Shown here piece by piece: positions 55,168 to 63,766 of a DNA stretch of 64,000 nucleotides (its first letter is position 1; each line of letters begins with the position of its first letter). The stretch is from Felixounavirus LF110P2, in sequence record OZ035782.1; one strand, 5' to 3'. The translations under genes and the position numbers were made by a program. Below the pieces are notes generated by a model that saw nothing but the letters and a program-made list of their open reading frames with translations, did no database searches and was not told where the DNA came from.

Positions 55168-55188
55168 GGCTCCTACGGGAGCCTTTTT
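55168..55188 (+). terminator. Intrinsic terminator
   Basis: GGCTCC tacg GGAGCC hairpin followed by TTTTT. Confidence 0.6.
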
Positions 55189-55205
55189 AATTTCTGGAGA
55201 AGACT

Positions 55206-55541
55206 ATGAAAATCAAAGAAATGAACATCAACATTGTCTTAGAAGAACGTTGGGAGAACATCAAGAAGCCTGAAGATGGCCATAAGTTTCTTAACAAAAT
55301 TTTAGTAGCAGCTAAAGAAGAACTAACTGGCAAGGTCGCAGCAGCAATTACAATAAAGGTCTGTGTAAAAGGTCTTCCAGATAATCACCAATTTGCACTT
55401 GACGAGTTTAAAGAAAGCTTCTACAATCCAAACAAACAGATGCTTGAAAGTAACTTTGCAGTGTCTACAAGTATCGTCCATGACAGAAGCTTTATCCTTT
55501 ACAAGAATATGAGAGGTGAGTCATGCAAGCATATTGGATAG
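55206..55541 (+). CDS. Hypothetical protein
   Basis: 111 aa ORF. Confidence 0.3.
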   Translation: MKIKEMNINIVLEERWENIKKPEDGHKFLNKILVAAKEELTGKVAAAITIKVCVKGLPDNHQFALDEFKESFYNPNKQMLESNFAVSTSIVHDRSFILYKNMRGESCKHIG

Positions 55542-55702
55542 AAATTTTACTGTCACTTGGTAGTGTAGCAGTATTTGTCTACCTCCTTTGTAAGTACTTT
55601 GCAGAGCACAAAAAATGTGACTACTGTAATGGAGAGGGGTGCATAAGGGCAGGTTGTTGCCCTATGTGTGGTGGTTCTGGTAAAATGTTTAATAAGTAAT
55701 TT
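55526..55702 (+). CDS. Small membrane-anchored zinc-ribbon ORF (58 aa), not in supplied track
   Basis: MQAYWIEILLSLGSVAVFVYLL... then CDYCNGEGC...CCPMCGG. Confidence 0.2.
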
Positions 55703-55727
55703 AACAGTAAACTAAGAGGAAAGTATT

Positions 55728-58094
55728 ATGCGCATGGTAAATGACCACGCAGAAGTGATTAAGAGTTCAACTTCTTTGGAGACATCTCAAGCACAGATTA
55801 CAATGACACCTGAAATGTTCAGTCTTCTGAGTTCTGGTGTATATACCTTTAAAGAAAGGGCAGTGATTCGTGAACTGTCATGTAACGCAGTAGATGCTCA
55901 GAAAGAAGCTGGAAAAGAGAATATTCCGTTCCATGTGCATTTACCTACTCGTTTTGAACCTTACTTTGAAGTCCGTGATTTTGGCACTGGATTGACTCAT
56001 GATAAAGTTATGAGTTTGTACCTAAACTACGGGGCTTCTACGAAGAATGACTCTAATGACTACATTGGTGCAATGGGTATCGGCTCAAAATCTCCATTTG
56101 CAATTGCTCAGTCATTCACAGTGTCTAGCTATGTTGACGGTGTTGTTAATAAGTACTCTGTTTATCTTGAGAATGGTATCCCTCAAGTAACTAAGCTAAC
56201 CACTAACCCAACAAAAGAACCTAATGGTTTAGCTGTACGTGTAGCAGTTGCTGACCACCGTATTTCAAAGTTCTTTGAAGAGGCTGGTAATGTATACTCA
56301 TACTTTGCTGTAAAACCAGAGAGTAATGTGGAGTATAATGATATATTAGCAGATATGGATGTGATTGCTCGTGAAGAAGGTGTCTATGATGCCATGACTC
56401 ATAAGCATAGCTGGCGTTCAAGCAGCAATAGAACAGAGTTTAACGTGGTTATGGGTAATATTGCCTACCCAGTTAATATGGAGGCATTACTTGGTGATGA
56501 TTTCTTCAAAGTCTTGCCAGAATTTTTCCGTAGGAGCGTAGACCTTGTAAACATCTACATGCCTATTGGCTCAGTTGCTATTGCAGCTTCTCGTGAAGCA
56601 TTGCAGATGAATGACACGACAAAAAATGTTATCATCGAGGCTACTAAAAAGATAACTGAAGCAATTACAAAGGATGTTATCAAGAAAGTTAACAGTCAAC
56701 CTACACTCATGGATGCTGCACAGGCTTATGCTGAGTTACGTTTGAACTCACGAGAGATGTTTAATGCTGTGTGTCCAAAGCTAGAGTGGGGAGGCGTTAA
56801 GCTTGATTCTCTGGAAGAAGAATTGCTAAACATTCGTCGTGGAATTATCTACGCAGAAGACGGCTCAGTCATCTATGAACGTGATGGTAAGGGTAATATT
56901 AAGGTTGACAGGAACGGAAACAATATCCCTAAAGTAGATTATCTTTATGACCCAGTTGCTTATGTTAAGTTTAACTCTTTAGAAAGTAAGATTCGTGCAA
57001 CAGCACTTTCCTACACTCAAGAGGCAAGTATGTTCAATATCTTTGGCGCAATGCGTAAAAGCCAAATTGAACAGTTTTTGTTTGTTATAAACGACCGTCG
57101 CAATAAAAATGGTACTGAGAAGACTGTAGGACGCAATCAGATTCTGCGTGGTGCATGTCGAGACTATGCCAGTGAGTCTAGTCTGTTTCACAGATATAAT
57201 GGCATTGTGTTTGTATTCTCGACTGAAAAAGAGTTAGATGATTTAATCAATCTACACAAACTTGATAAAAGCTTGTTAAAGATTGTGAAAATGTCTGATA
57301 AGGAGCACCATTACCAGCGTAAAGAAGCTGTAAGGGGTGTTGTAAAACTCTGGAAAGCTGTTCCAGCAGAAGGTGTAGCTTCCTATAAAGAGGTTTCAGA
57401 GGACTTTGATACAATTGAAGAGCCTCAGCTTTACATTAAGGCAGTTGGCGACACAGTTGATGGCGAATGTTTTTGCTCATCTCCAGAAGATGTAGCCAAG
57501 TCAGTTGCTAATGTTACAGGGAAGACAGTCTATGTTTTCCGAAAAGCAAATTGGAAAAAGATACCAGAAGACTGGATTGAAGTAGATGAGAAACTCTTGA
57601 ACGACAGCTTAACTGATGTTCATTGGATTAATCATAACAGATATATGACACGCATCTACATGAATGGTGTTCTTGACCTGACAAGCAGTTGGATTATTGC
57701 CAGAAACTTTACGTTCAATAACAGGAAGATTTCTCGTGGCTATTGCTATTCACGGGATACAAACAAAACTATCTTCCTAGAAGGAAATGAAGATGCTGTA
57801 GAGGCAATGTTTGGTAAAATCCAATACGTTGCTGCACCATTTGCATACACTTATACTATTAGTGTATTAAAAACTTTGAAAGACTGTCTTGACAATGATA
57901 CAAAGCTTTACAAGAAAATTAAGAAAGCTGGTGACCGTATGGTCATTAAGGTGACAAACTACCTTTCAAAAAGAAAACAAGAAAACTTCTTGCTTTCTCA
58001 TTTGGATTGGAATAAAGTGTCACCCATCGAAGTGAGTAAGTTCTTAGGCTTTGATGTAAAATGTGTTCCAGAAGGGACTACAATTTACGATTAA
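55728..58094 (+). CDS. rIIA: rIIA-like protein (GHKL-type ATPase domain)
   Basis: N-terminal Bergerat-fold motifs IRELSCNAVDA (N box), RDFGTGL (G1), IGAMGIGSKSPF (G2), and ...MPIGSVAIAASREAL..., matching T4 rIIA as recalled; followed by rIIB-like gene. Confidence 0.7.
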   Translation: MRMVNDHAEVIKSSTSLETSQAQITMTPEMFSLLSSGVYTFKERAVIRELSCNAVDAQKEAGKENIPFHVHLPTRFEPYFEVRDFGTGLTHDKVMSLYLNYGASTKNDSNDYIGAMGIGSKSPFAIAQSFTVSSYVDGVVNKYSVYLENGIPQVTKLTTNPTKEPNGLAVRVAVADHRISKFFEEAGNVYSYFAVKPESNVEYNDILADMDVIAREEGVYDAMTHKHSWRSSSNRTEFNVVMGNIAYPVNMEALLGDDFFKVLPEFFRRSVDLVNIYMPIGSVAIAASREALQMNDTTKNVIIEATKKITEAITKDVIKKVNSQPTLMDAAQAYAELRLNSREMFNAVCPKLEWGGVKLDSLEEELLNIRRGIIYAEDGSVIYERDGKGNIKVDRNGNNIPKVDYLYDPVAYVKFNSLESKIRATALSYTQEASMFNIFGAMRKSQIEQFLFVINDRRNKNGTEKTVGRNQILRGACRDYASESSLFHRYNGIVFVFSTEKELDDLINLHKLDKSLLKIVKMSDKEHHYQRKEAVRGVVKLWKAVPAEGVASYKEVSEDFDTIEEPQLYIKAVGDTVDGECFCSSPEDVAKSVANVTGKTVYVFRKANWKKIPEDWIEVDEKLLNDSLTDVHWINHNRYMTRIYMNGVLDLTSSWIIARNFTFNNRKISRGYCYSRDTNKTIFLEGNEDAVEAMFGKIQYVAAPFAYTYTISVLKTLKDCLDNDTKLYKKIKKAGDRMVIKVTNYLSKRKQENFLLSHLDWNKVSPIEVSKFLGFDVKCVPEGTTIYD

Positions 58095-58104
58095 AGTGTT
58101 TGAC

Positions 58105-58124
58105 AAGGGGCTTCAAAGCCCCTT
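58105..58124 (+). other. Hairpin AAGGGGCTT-caa-AGCCCCTT overlapping a TTGACA element after rIIA
   Basis: Perfect 8-bp stem; upstream TTGACA at 58100-58105; no U-tract downstream. Confidence 0.3.
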
Positions 58125-58173
58125 AAAATGGCATCACAAAATGATTTATTAACTAACAAGAGAGAGTAATAAG

Positions 58174-59283
58174 ATGACTACTAAAACTAAAGCACAGATT
58201 GACGCAGAAATTTACAAACTGGTTAAAGAGGGCAAGCTGACTAAAACCGCTATTGCACAGAAATTTAACACCTCAACCCGTTCAGTCGGTCGTGCTGTAG
58301 AGCGTCATGAAGCAACCTTAAAAGGGAATAAGAAGGTGACTTCTACACCAGCTACGAAGACTTTGAAGCAAGTTGCTAAGACCTTTAAAAAGAAAGCTGA
58401 CAAACCAGTTGAAAAGGTTGTTAAAGATGCTGTACAGAAAGCTCCAGTAAATAAACTGCATGAAGCTATGCAGAAAGATGACAAGATTGAGTACATGATT
58501 ACTGGTGACTCTGTAATTATGACTTACGGTTCAGAGTCTGAAATTGTTGAATCTACTCATCCGAACTATCAAGAGATTGTAGTTCATGTTGTGAAAGGTG
58601 AGTTTAAGAAAGCCTTTGAACTGATGAACATTCGTAAGTCTATCGAAAACTTCACTCAGGGTGCTATCACAATCAAAGGCGACAAACTATTCTACGGTGC
58701 TGTTGAGATGCGTTCTACTCTGGTTGACCGTATTCTTCACATGATGAAGACTGGAGATAAAGGTTTCGAACGCCTTGTGATGTTCTTCGAAAAACTGATG
58801 GAAAACCCATCTAAAGATTCCGTAGAACAACTTTGGGGCTTCGTATCTCACCTTGATGTTGAAATTGATGAAGAAGGCTACATCATTGGTTGGAAGAAAG
58901 TATCTACTCGTGAAGGCAAGCTGGTTGACTCCCACACCTACAGAGTACCTAATGATTTGGGTAACATTGTAGAAATGCCACGTTGGATGGTTGATAATAA
59001 CCGTAACGTGACTTGCTCTCAAGGTCTTCATGTTGGTGCTTGGGATTATGTTCGTTGTTTCTCAGGTGATACAATTCTGAAGGTTCGTGTCCATCCACGA
59101 GACGTTGTATCCGTACCAACTGATTACAACGATATGAAGATGCGCTCGTCTCGTTATGAAGTTGCAGCAATCGTTGATAATCAACGTAAAGTGCTGAAAG
59201 CATGGGATGGCAAGACTGAAGCTTTACATGTCATCGTTGGTACTGCTGGAGAACTTATCTCCCAACGTAAACGTGAAATCTAA
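58174..59283 (+). CDS. rIIB: rIIB-like protein
   Basis: C-terminal ...SQGLHVGAWDY...KVRVHPRDVVSVPTDYNDMKMRSSRYEV... matches the conserved rIIB C-terminal region as recalled from T4. Confidence 0.7.
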   Translation: MTTKTKAQIDAEIYKLVKEGKLTKTAIAQKFNTSTRSVGRAVERHEATLKGNKKVTSTPATKTLKQVAKTFKKKADKPVEKVVKDAVQKAPVNKLHEAMQKDDKIEYMITGDSVIMTYGSESEIVESTHPNYQEIVVHVVKGEFKKAFELMNIRKSIENFTQGAITIKGDKLFYGAVEMRSTLVDRILHMMKTGDKGFERLVMFFEKLMENPSKDSVEQLWGFVSHLDVEIDEEGYIIGWKKVSTREGKLVDSHTYRVPNDLGNIVEMPRWMVDNNRNVTCSQGLHVGAWDYVRCFSGDTILKVRVHPRDVVSVPTDYNDMKMRSSRYEVAAIVDNQRKVLKAWDGKTEALHVIVGTAGELISQRKREI

Positions 59284-59300
59284 TAAGTAATTTCTTAAAA

Positions 59301-59322
59301 GGCTGCTTCGGCGGCCTTTTTT
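59301..59322 (+). terminator. Intrinsic terminator
   Basis: GGCTGC ttcg GCGGCC hairpin followed by TTTTTT. Confidence 0.55.
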
Positions 59323-59346
59323 ATTTGTATTTTGTGCAGAGTGCTG

Positions 59347-59352
59347 TATAAT
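59347..59352 (+). promoter_or_regulatory. Consensus -10 hexamer TATAAT upstream of ORF 59384
   Basis: Perfect TATAAT 32 nt upstream of the ATG, with weak -35 TTTGTA at 17-nt spacing. Confidence 0.3.
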
Positions 59353-59383
59353 TGTTGTCACGATAAACTAAACAGGAGAACCA

Positions 59384-59932
59384 ATGAAGAAATTGATTCT
59401 AGGTTTGTGCTTAATGTTTACAGCACACTTATCTTATGCAGTTGACTGCCCAGAGCTATCAATTAGCCAAAAAGTAAACATGTTAAAAGCTTACCAGTAT
59501 GGTGAGAATAACATGGGTAAAGGTTGGGGTATCACTCTAGCTGCTATAGCCTTACAAGAGTCAGAGTTAGGTCTGAAGGTAGAGAATAAAAAGACACATG
59601 ATTATGGTATTTTCCAGAATCACTTGAAGACTGTTGTAAAGCGTAACAAAATTAGTCCTAATGTGGCTAAAAAGAAACTCTTAAGAGACTTTGACTATGC
59701 TGCAAAGGAAACGCACAAAGAACTTGAATTTTGGACAAAGGTGCATGGTCAGCCAAAGTCAAAGAAAACTTTACAAAAAGTTTTAGCATCATATAATGCT
59801 GGGTATTCGTACAGAATCCCTAAAGCTAAAAAATATTCTCAAGATGTCTATAACAACATGAAAGTTATCGCTCAATGTGAATTTGCAACAAACATTTCTA
59901 AGGTAAATCATGAAAAAATTAAGAAAGTCTGA
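59384..59932 (+). CDS. Secreted lysozyme-like / lytic transglycosylase-domain protein (endolysin candidate)
   Basis: Signal peptide MKKLILGLCLMFTAHLSYA, then ...LAAIALQESELG...DYGIFQ... resembling the SLT catalytic Glu-Ser and GLMQ-like motif. Confidence 0.35.
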   Translation: MKKLILGLCLMFTAHLSYAVDCPELSISQKVNMLKAYQYGENNMGKGWGITLAAIALQESELGLKVENKKTHDYGIFQNHLKTVVKRNKISPNVAKKKLLRDFDYAAKETHKELEFWTKVHGQPKSKKTLQKVLASYNAGYSYRIPKAKKYSQDVYNNMKVIAQCEFATNISKVNHEKIKKV

Positions 59933-60605
59933 TGAAGTACTGTGTCATGCTTATGACTTACATCCTCATGAGTTAGGTCTTGATTCCTGTGTATGGACTC
60001 CAGAACAGTGTAGGGATTTTGAAGACACTGCAAGAGAAGTTGTATGTTCACTTGAAGAGTTTCACACATCAGAGCCAATTGTGAATGTTGTAGATAAAGA
60101 GACTGGACAAACTATAGGGGTAAGTCGTGATAGTTTAGTCATAGTCAATAAAGACCTTGTAGAAAAAGGTAACCTCATCTTAGCAGATATTGATGGTGTT
60201 CTTACAAATTTTAATCACGAAGATTGCTCAACGGAATTGACTGATGGGTCATTCTCACAGTACACTAATCTTCTTGACTCTGTAAGAGCAAAACCAACGT
60301 ATGTTTTTAGTATTATTGATGCAATTGCTAATCATGCTGCCATTGGACTCTTGACAGCGAGAGGTGAATCTCAGAGAATACCTACTGAGATGTTTTTAAG
60401 GCATAACATAGAGCATGACTACATGCTTTTTATGCGTGGTTTTGGAACTAACTCTATAAGTGCAGAAAGTTTGAAAGTGAGGATGATTCAGTCTTGCATC
60501 CTGCCTTACTTTAATATAGTATGTTTTATAGAAGACACAGAGAAGAATGTGCAGAAGGTGAACAGAATCCTTCCACACATTAAAACCATGTTAGTTAAAC
60601 ATTGA
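59910..60605 (+). CDS. Hypothetical protein, possible HAD-like hydrolase
   Basis: LILADIDGVLTNF resembles HAD motif I (DxDG); other motifs not placed. Confidence 0.25.
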   Translation: MKKLRKSDEVLCHAYDLHPHELGLDSCVWTPEQCRDFEDTAREVVCSLEEFHTSEPIVNVVDKETGQTIGVSRDSLVIVNKDLVEKGNLILADIDGVLTNFNHEDCSTELTDGSFSQYTNLLDSVRAKPTYVFSIIDAIANHAAIGLLTARGESQRIPTEMFLRHNIEHDYMLFMRGFGTNSISAESLKVRMIQSCILPYFNIVCFIEDTEKNVQKVNRILPHIKTMLVKH

Positions 60606-60615
60606 GAGAAAACTT

Positions 60616-61080
60616 ATGAACAATATCATTACGGTAGCACTGGACGATACGGTAAACAAATCCGCAGTAGTTCGTAAAATGATTCAAGGTAACTTTGAAG
60701 GTAAAATTTTTCGTGCTGTTAATGTAAAAGCTGATGGCAGCATTCGTGAATATCGTGCATTGTTGAACGTTAAGAAGCACGTAAAAGGTGTTGGTTCAAC
60801 GACTGCACACAAAGAAAACCTGATGACTATCTATGATATGGGTAAGGCTTCAGAGTTAGGTGCTGAAGGTATCGTTAAAGAAGGTGCTCCGTATCGCTCT
60901 TTCAATCTGGAAACTACTCTTATGCTTTCCTTTACAAGTGGTTCCAAAACAATCACTTATCTCTTTACTGATGCTGCAACGGTATCTGCTATTAAGGATA
61001 GCACTGTCAAAGCTGGCGTAGTTGCTGCTGCAAAAGCTTCTTCGATGGCTGCGAATATCCTTGCTAAAGTCCTCGGTTAA
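60616..61080 (+). CDS. Hypothetical protein
   Basis: 154 aa ORF followed by terminator. Confidence 0.3.
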   Translation: MNNIITVALDDTVNKSAVVRKMIQGNFEGKIFRAVNVKADGSIREYRALLNVKKHVKGVGSTTAHKENLMTIYDMGKASELGAEGIVKEGAPYRSFNLETTLMLSFTSGSKTITYLFTDAATVSAIKDSTVKAGVVAAAKASSMAANILAKVLG

Positions 61081-61092
61081 GGTTAAGATACA

Positions 61093-61113
61093 GGCTCCTT
61101 CGGGAGCCTTTTT
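61093..61113 (+). terminator. Intrinsic terminator
   Basis: GGCTCC ttcg GGAGCC hairpin followed by TTTTT. Confidence 0.6.
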
Positions 61114-61132
61114 CATTTCAGGAGATTGTTAA

Positions 61133-61480
61133 ATGACATTTAAAGAGTTCTGTCAAGCTACTTTCATAATTGTTTTCTTAGTTGGGGCGGGTGTCTGGGG
61201 AGGGTACTCTTACAGAGACTACCAAGTTGCTGAAACTGAGCTAAACAATCAAAAGCTCATAAGTGTTGCTAAAGATGCTTATCAGGAAGGATTAGTTACA
61301 CTGAGCGCCAATTACAAAAATGATTTGAAAGATGTGCTTGCTAAGAATAAGCACACAAAAGAGGTACTAACATATGAAAAAACTAAGCCAGAGTTTTATA
61401 ATGTTTGTGTTACTGATAATTATGTCAGGGTGTTCAACGAACAAAGTGAACAGTACATTCAAAAACTCCCAAGTAAGTGA
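61133..61480 (+). CDS. i-spanin (Rz-like, inner-membrane spanin subunit)
   Basis: N-terminal TM helix FIIVFLVGAGVWGGY followed by charged helical periplasmic domain; an overlapping +1-frame lipoprotein ORF begins inside it. Confidence 0.5.
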   Translation: MTFKEFCQATFIIVFLVGAGVWGGYSYRDYQVAETELNNQKLISVAKDAYQEGLVTLSANYKNDLKDVLAKNKHTKEVLTYEKTKPEFYNVCVTDNYVRVFNEQSEQYIQKLPSK

Positions 61481-61643
61481 GAGTGATAAGTACACTCAAG
61501 AAGAATCACGGTATATCATCAAAGGCAACACAGGCAGTGATGTAGCAGCAGCACTTGAGTTCTACCGTGACGGCTTTTACCAGTGTACAATTAAAGCTAA
61601 TAACCTTATTGACATGATTTTATTAGGGAATAAGCAGCAATGA
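61374..61643 (+). CDS. o-spanin (Rz1-like outer-membrane lipoprotein), overlapped with i-spanin
   Basis: MKKLSQSFIMFVLLIIMSGC: signal sequence with lipobox ending in Cys; AGAGGT RBS; starts within the i-spanin gene in another frame. Confidence 0.5.
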   Translation: MKKLSQSFIMFVLLIIMSGCSTNKVNSTFKNSQVSESDKYTQEESRYIIKGNTGSDVAAALEFYRDGFYQCTIKANNLIDMILLGNKQQ

Positions 61644-61909
61644 CAGAGAATCAAGACACTTTCTATGTAGAAGGTTACTTACTGTTGCCACGACCAAAAG
61701 AAACTTATATGCGAATCGATTTCTTACCAACCATTATGGATAATGTGATGTGTCATATCTTTATGCAAGGTGTCACAGCACAGCTTAAGCATGTTGGTAA
61801 AGATTGCAAAATAAAGGTTGACACTCATCCAGAAATCAAAGAGAATCACTACACATGGTTCTTACCAGATTCTAAAGAAATCTTAGCAGTTCTTAAAACG
61901 AGGAAGTAA
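61640..61909 (+). CDS. Hypothetical protein
   Basis: 89 aa ORF. Confidence 0.3.
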   Translation: MTENQDTFYVEGYLLLPRPKETYMRIDFLPTIMDNVMCHIFMQGVTAQLKHVGKDCKIKVDTHPEIKENHYTWFLPDSKEILAVLKTRK

Positions 61910-61911
61910 CT

Positions 61912-62238
61912 ATGCAGATTAATGGAAGAGACTTTGTAGCCGTTTACTACGAGAAAGATAAAGAAGTTGGCGTAGCACAAGTAACTTACGGCAATGGTAA
62001 GTGGCTATATGGAACAATTGCAGTGGTCGGAACAAGAAGTGACACAAAAACTTTTAAAGATTGTGTTGACCTTCTTGAAGAATCCATTCAGAATCATTGG
62101 TGTCTGATATGGATGACTGACAACGAAGTGATAGAACGCTTCAAAAAGATTGATATCAACATTGATAGTATTGAGCATGTTGATTTATATGAGCTAACTG
62201 AGAAGGTAAACTATGAAAGTAATACTAGCCAGAGATAA
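61912..62238 (+). CDS. Hypothetical protein
   Basis: 108 aa ORF with AGGAAG RBS. Confidence 0.3.
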   Translation: MQINGRDFVAVYYEKDKEVGVAQVTYGNGKWLYGTIAVVGTRSDTKTFKDCVDLLEESIQNHWCLIWMTDNEVIERFKKIDINIDSIEHVDLYELTEKVNYESNTSQR

Positions 62239-62440
62239 AAAGACACGAAAGCTTATCAGGTCAGCAGTGTTCATTGGACGAAATGAGGTCATCCCATTTA
62301 CAGCAAATGATGTGATAGCTTACAGGAAGAACTTAGTATTCACTGACTGCTTACGTGGCTTCATCTCTGAACCATTGGAAGACTTTAAAAGTCGTTGTGG
62401 TAAAGGTATCATCATTCAAGAGGCAATTATTCATGGCTGA
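62213..62440 (+). CDS. Hypothetical protein
   Basis: 75 aa ORF. Confidence 0.25.
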   Translation: MKVILARDKKTRKLIRSAVFIGRNEVIPFTANDVIAYRKNLVFTDCLRGFISEPLEDFKSRCGKGIIIQEAIIHG

Positions 62441-62633
62441 CTTCTGTAAAGATTGTTCTATCGAAATGTTCGGACGTGATACAGGTGACTTAAAAGGTCT
62501 TATCACTGAAGATGACTTTAAAGCTGGCTACGCAATGCCAGTAATCTGTGAAGGTTGTGGGTGCATCTGGGTAGACCACGAAGGGCAACGTGTAAAACCT
62601 TCAGAAGATAAAGAATCTTGGGAGAGATGTTAA
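62433..62633 (+). CDS. Small Cys-rich protein
   Basis: MADFCKDCSIEMF...ICEGCGC; start at internal ATG with AGAGG RBS. Confidence 0.25.
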   Translation: MADFCKDCSIEMFGRDTGDLKGLITEDDFKAGYAMPVICEGCGCIWVDHEGQRVKPSEDKESWERC

Positions 62634-63419
62634 ATGGGTATTGTAAAAATCATCAATGGCGATATCTTTGCAGCATTTGATAAAGGTAAGTTTGACATCA
62701 TTGGTCACGGTTGCAACTGTATGAATTTAATGGGTGCAGGTATCGCTGACAAGATTTCTAAACTTTACCCAAAAGCATATGAGACCGATACAGAAGTTTA
62801 CCTCTATGCAGGTGGTATAGGTCACAAACCCTGTGAAAATCTACTGGGTAATTTCTCTGTAGCACGTTTAGAACAAGGCCGTATAGCTAACCTTTACACT
62901 CAGCTTAAGACTGGTAAAGATGCCCGATACAGTGCTTTAGAGTCATCTTTGAAACAACTTAACAGATACTGTGAAGTCAATCAGTTGAAGAAAGTTGGGT
63001 TACCTATGATTGGTGCAGGTATCGGTGGACTAGACCCTCAAGCCGTCACAGTTATCATTAATCAGGTGATGAAGAGTGTAGATGTGTATCTTTATGTCTA
63101 CGAAGGAGAGATGTACCACAAGTTACGCTCAGGTTGGAAGAACTACTGTGAACCAGAATACTTTGCAGGTGTAGCAGTGTTCACAGATGATACAGTTACC
63201 CTCTTCAGACGAAGAAAAGGTAAGATACATCAAAGTAACCCTCCGGTTGAAAAGATGTCTCTAAGTAACGCTCTAGTTACCCACCTGTCGAAGAGCAATC
63301 ACAGGATTGCAGTAACATTTGGCAGTGATGCAGATACTTACATCTATGCAAGAACTGATGAGGATATCGAGACAGTTTTCTCTTCGCCAGAAGTTACCTT
63401 CTTAGACGCAAAGAACTAA
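62634..63419 (+). CDS. Macro-domain (ADP-ribose binding/processing) protein
   Basis: N-terminal GDIF...DIIGHGCNCMNLMGAGIA and second glycine motif LPMIGAGIGGLDP match the two conserved macro-domain loops. Confidence 0.45.
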   Translation: MGIVKIINGDIFAAFDKGKFDIIGHGCNCMNLMGAGIADKISKLYPKAYETDTEVYLYAGGIGHKPCENLLGNFSVARLEQGRIANLYTQLKTGKDARYSALESSLKQLNRYCEVNQLKKVGLPMIGAGIGGLDPQAVTVIINQVMKSVDVYLYVYEGEMYHKLRSGWKNYCEPEYFAGVAVFTDDTVTLFRRRKGKIHQSNPPVEKMSLSNALVTHLSKSNHRIAVTFGSDADTYIYARTDEDIETVFSSPEVTFLDAKN

Positions 63420-63450
63420 GAAACTTCGTAGGATATTCACAATAGACTAA

Positions 63451-63493
63451 GCCTTTCTTATCTGGTAAATTTTTCAGGTAAGGAGGGCTTTTT
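63451..63493 (+). terminator. Terminator-like hairpin with U-tract after macro-domain gene
   Basis: GCCTTTCTT pairs with AAGGAGGGC (two G-U pairs) around a 20-nt loop, followed by TTTTT. Confidence 0.3.
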
Positions 63494-63685
63494 CATTTCA
63501 GAATTGTGCAGGTATATTTCTATAGAGAAATCTGTAGAGAAAATTTTGAACTCCAAAGAGAAAATTCATTTTCAAATTGTGCAGGTAATCTCCAAAGGGC
63601 TTTTTCATTTTCAAAACGTGCAGACCCCGCTCAGGTCGGGCAAGAAAAATCATTTTAGAATCGTGCAGGTAGGTTTTTATAGAGA
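63487..63685 (+). repeat. Cluster of four direct repeats, core TCATTTT(C)A(R)AA(T/C)(Y)GTGCAG(GTA)
   Basis: Copies at about 63494-63515, 63567-63589, 63604-63625 and 63649-63670; two are preceded by CTCCAAAG(A/G)G and two followed by TATAGAGA. Confidence 0.6.
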
Positions 63686-63766
63686 GCCAGACCAACCCCT
63701 CTCCCCCTCTTACTCCCCCTCAGATAAAGAGCTTTACCACTAAATCCTAAATTGGAGAACTTAAAA

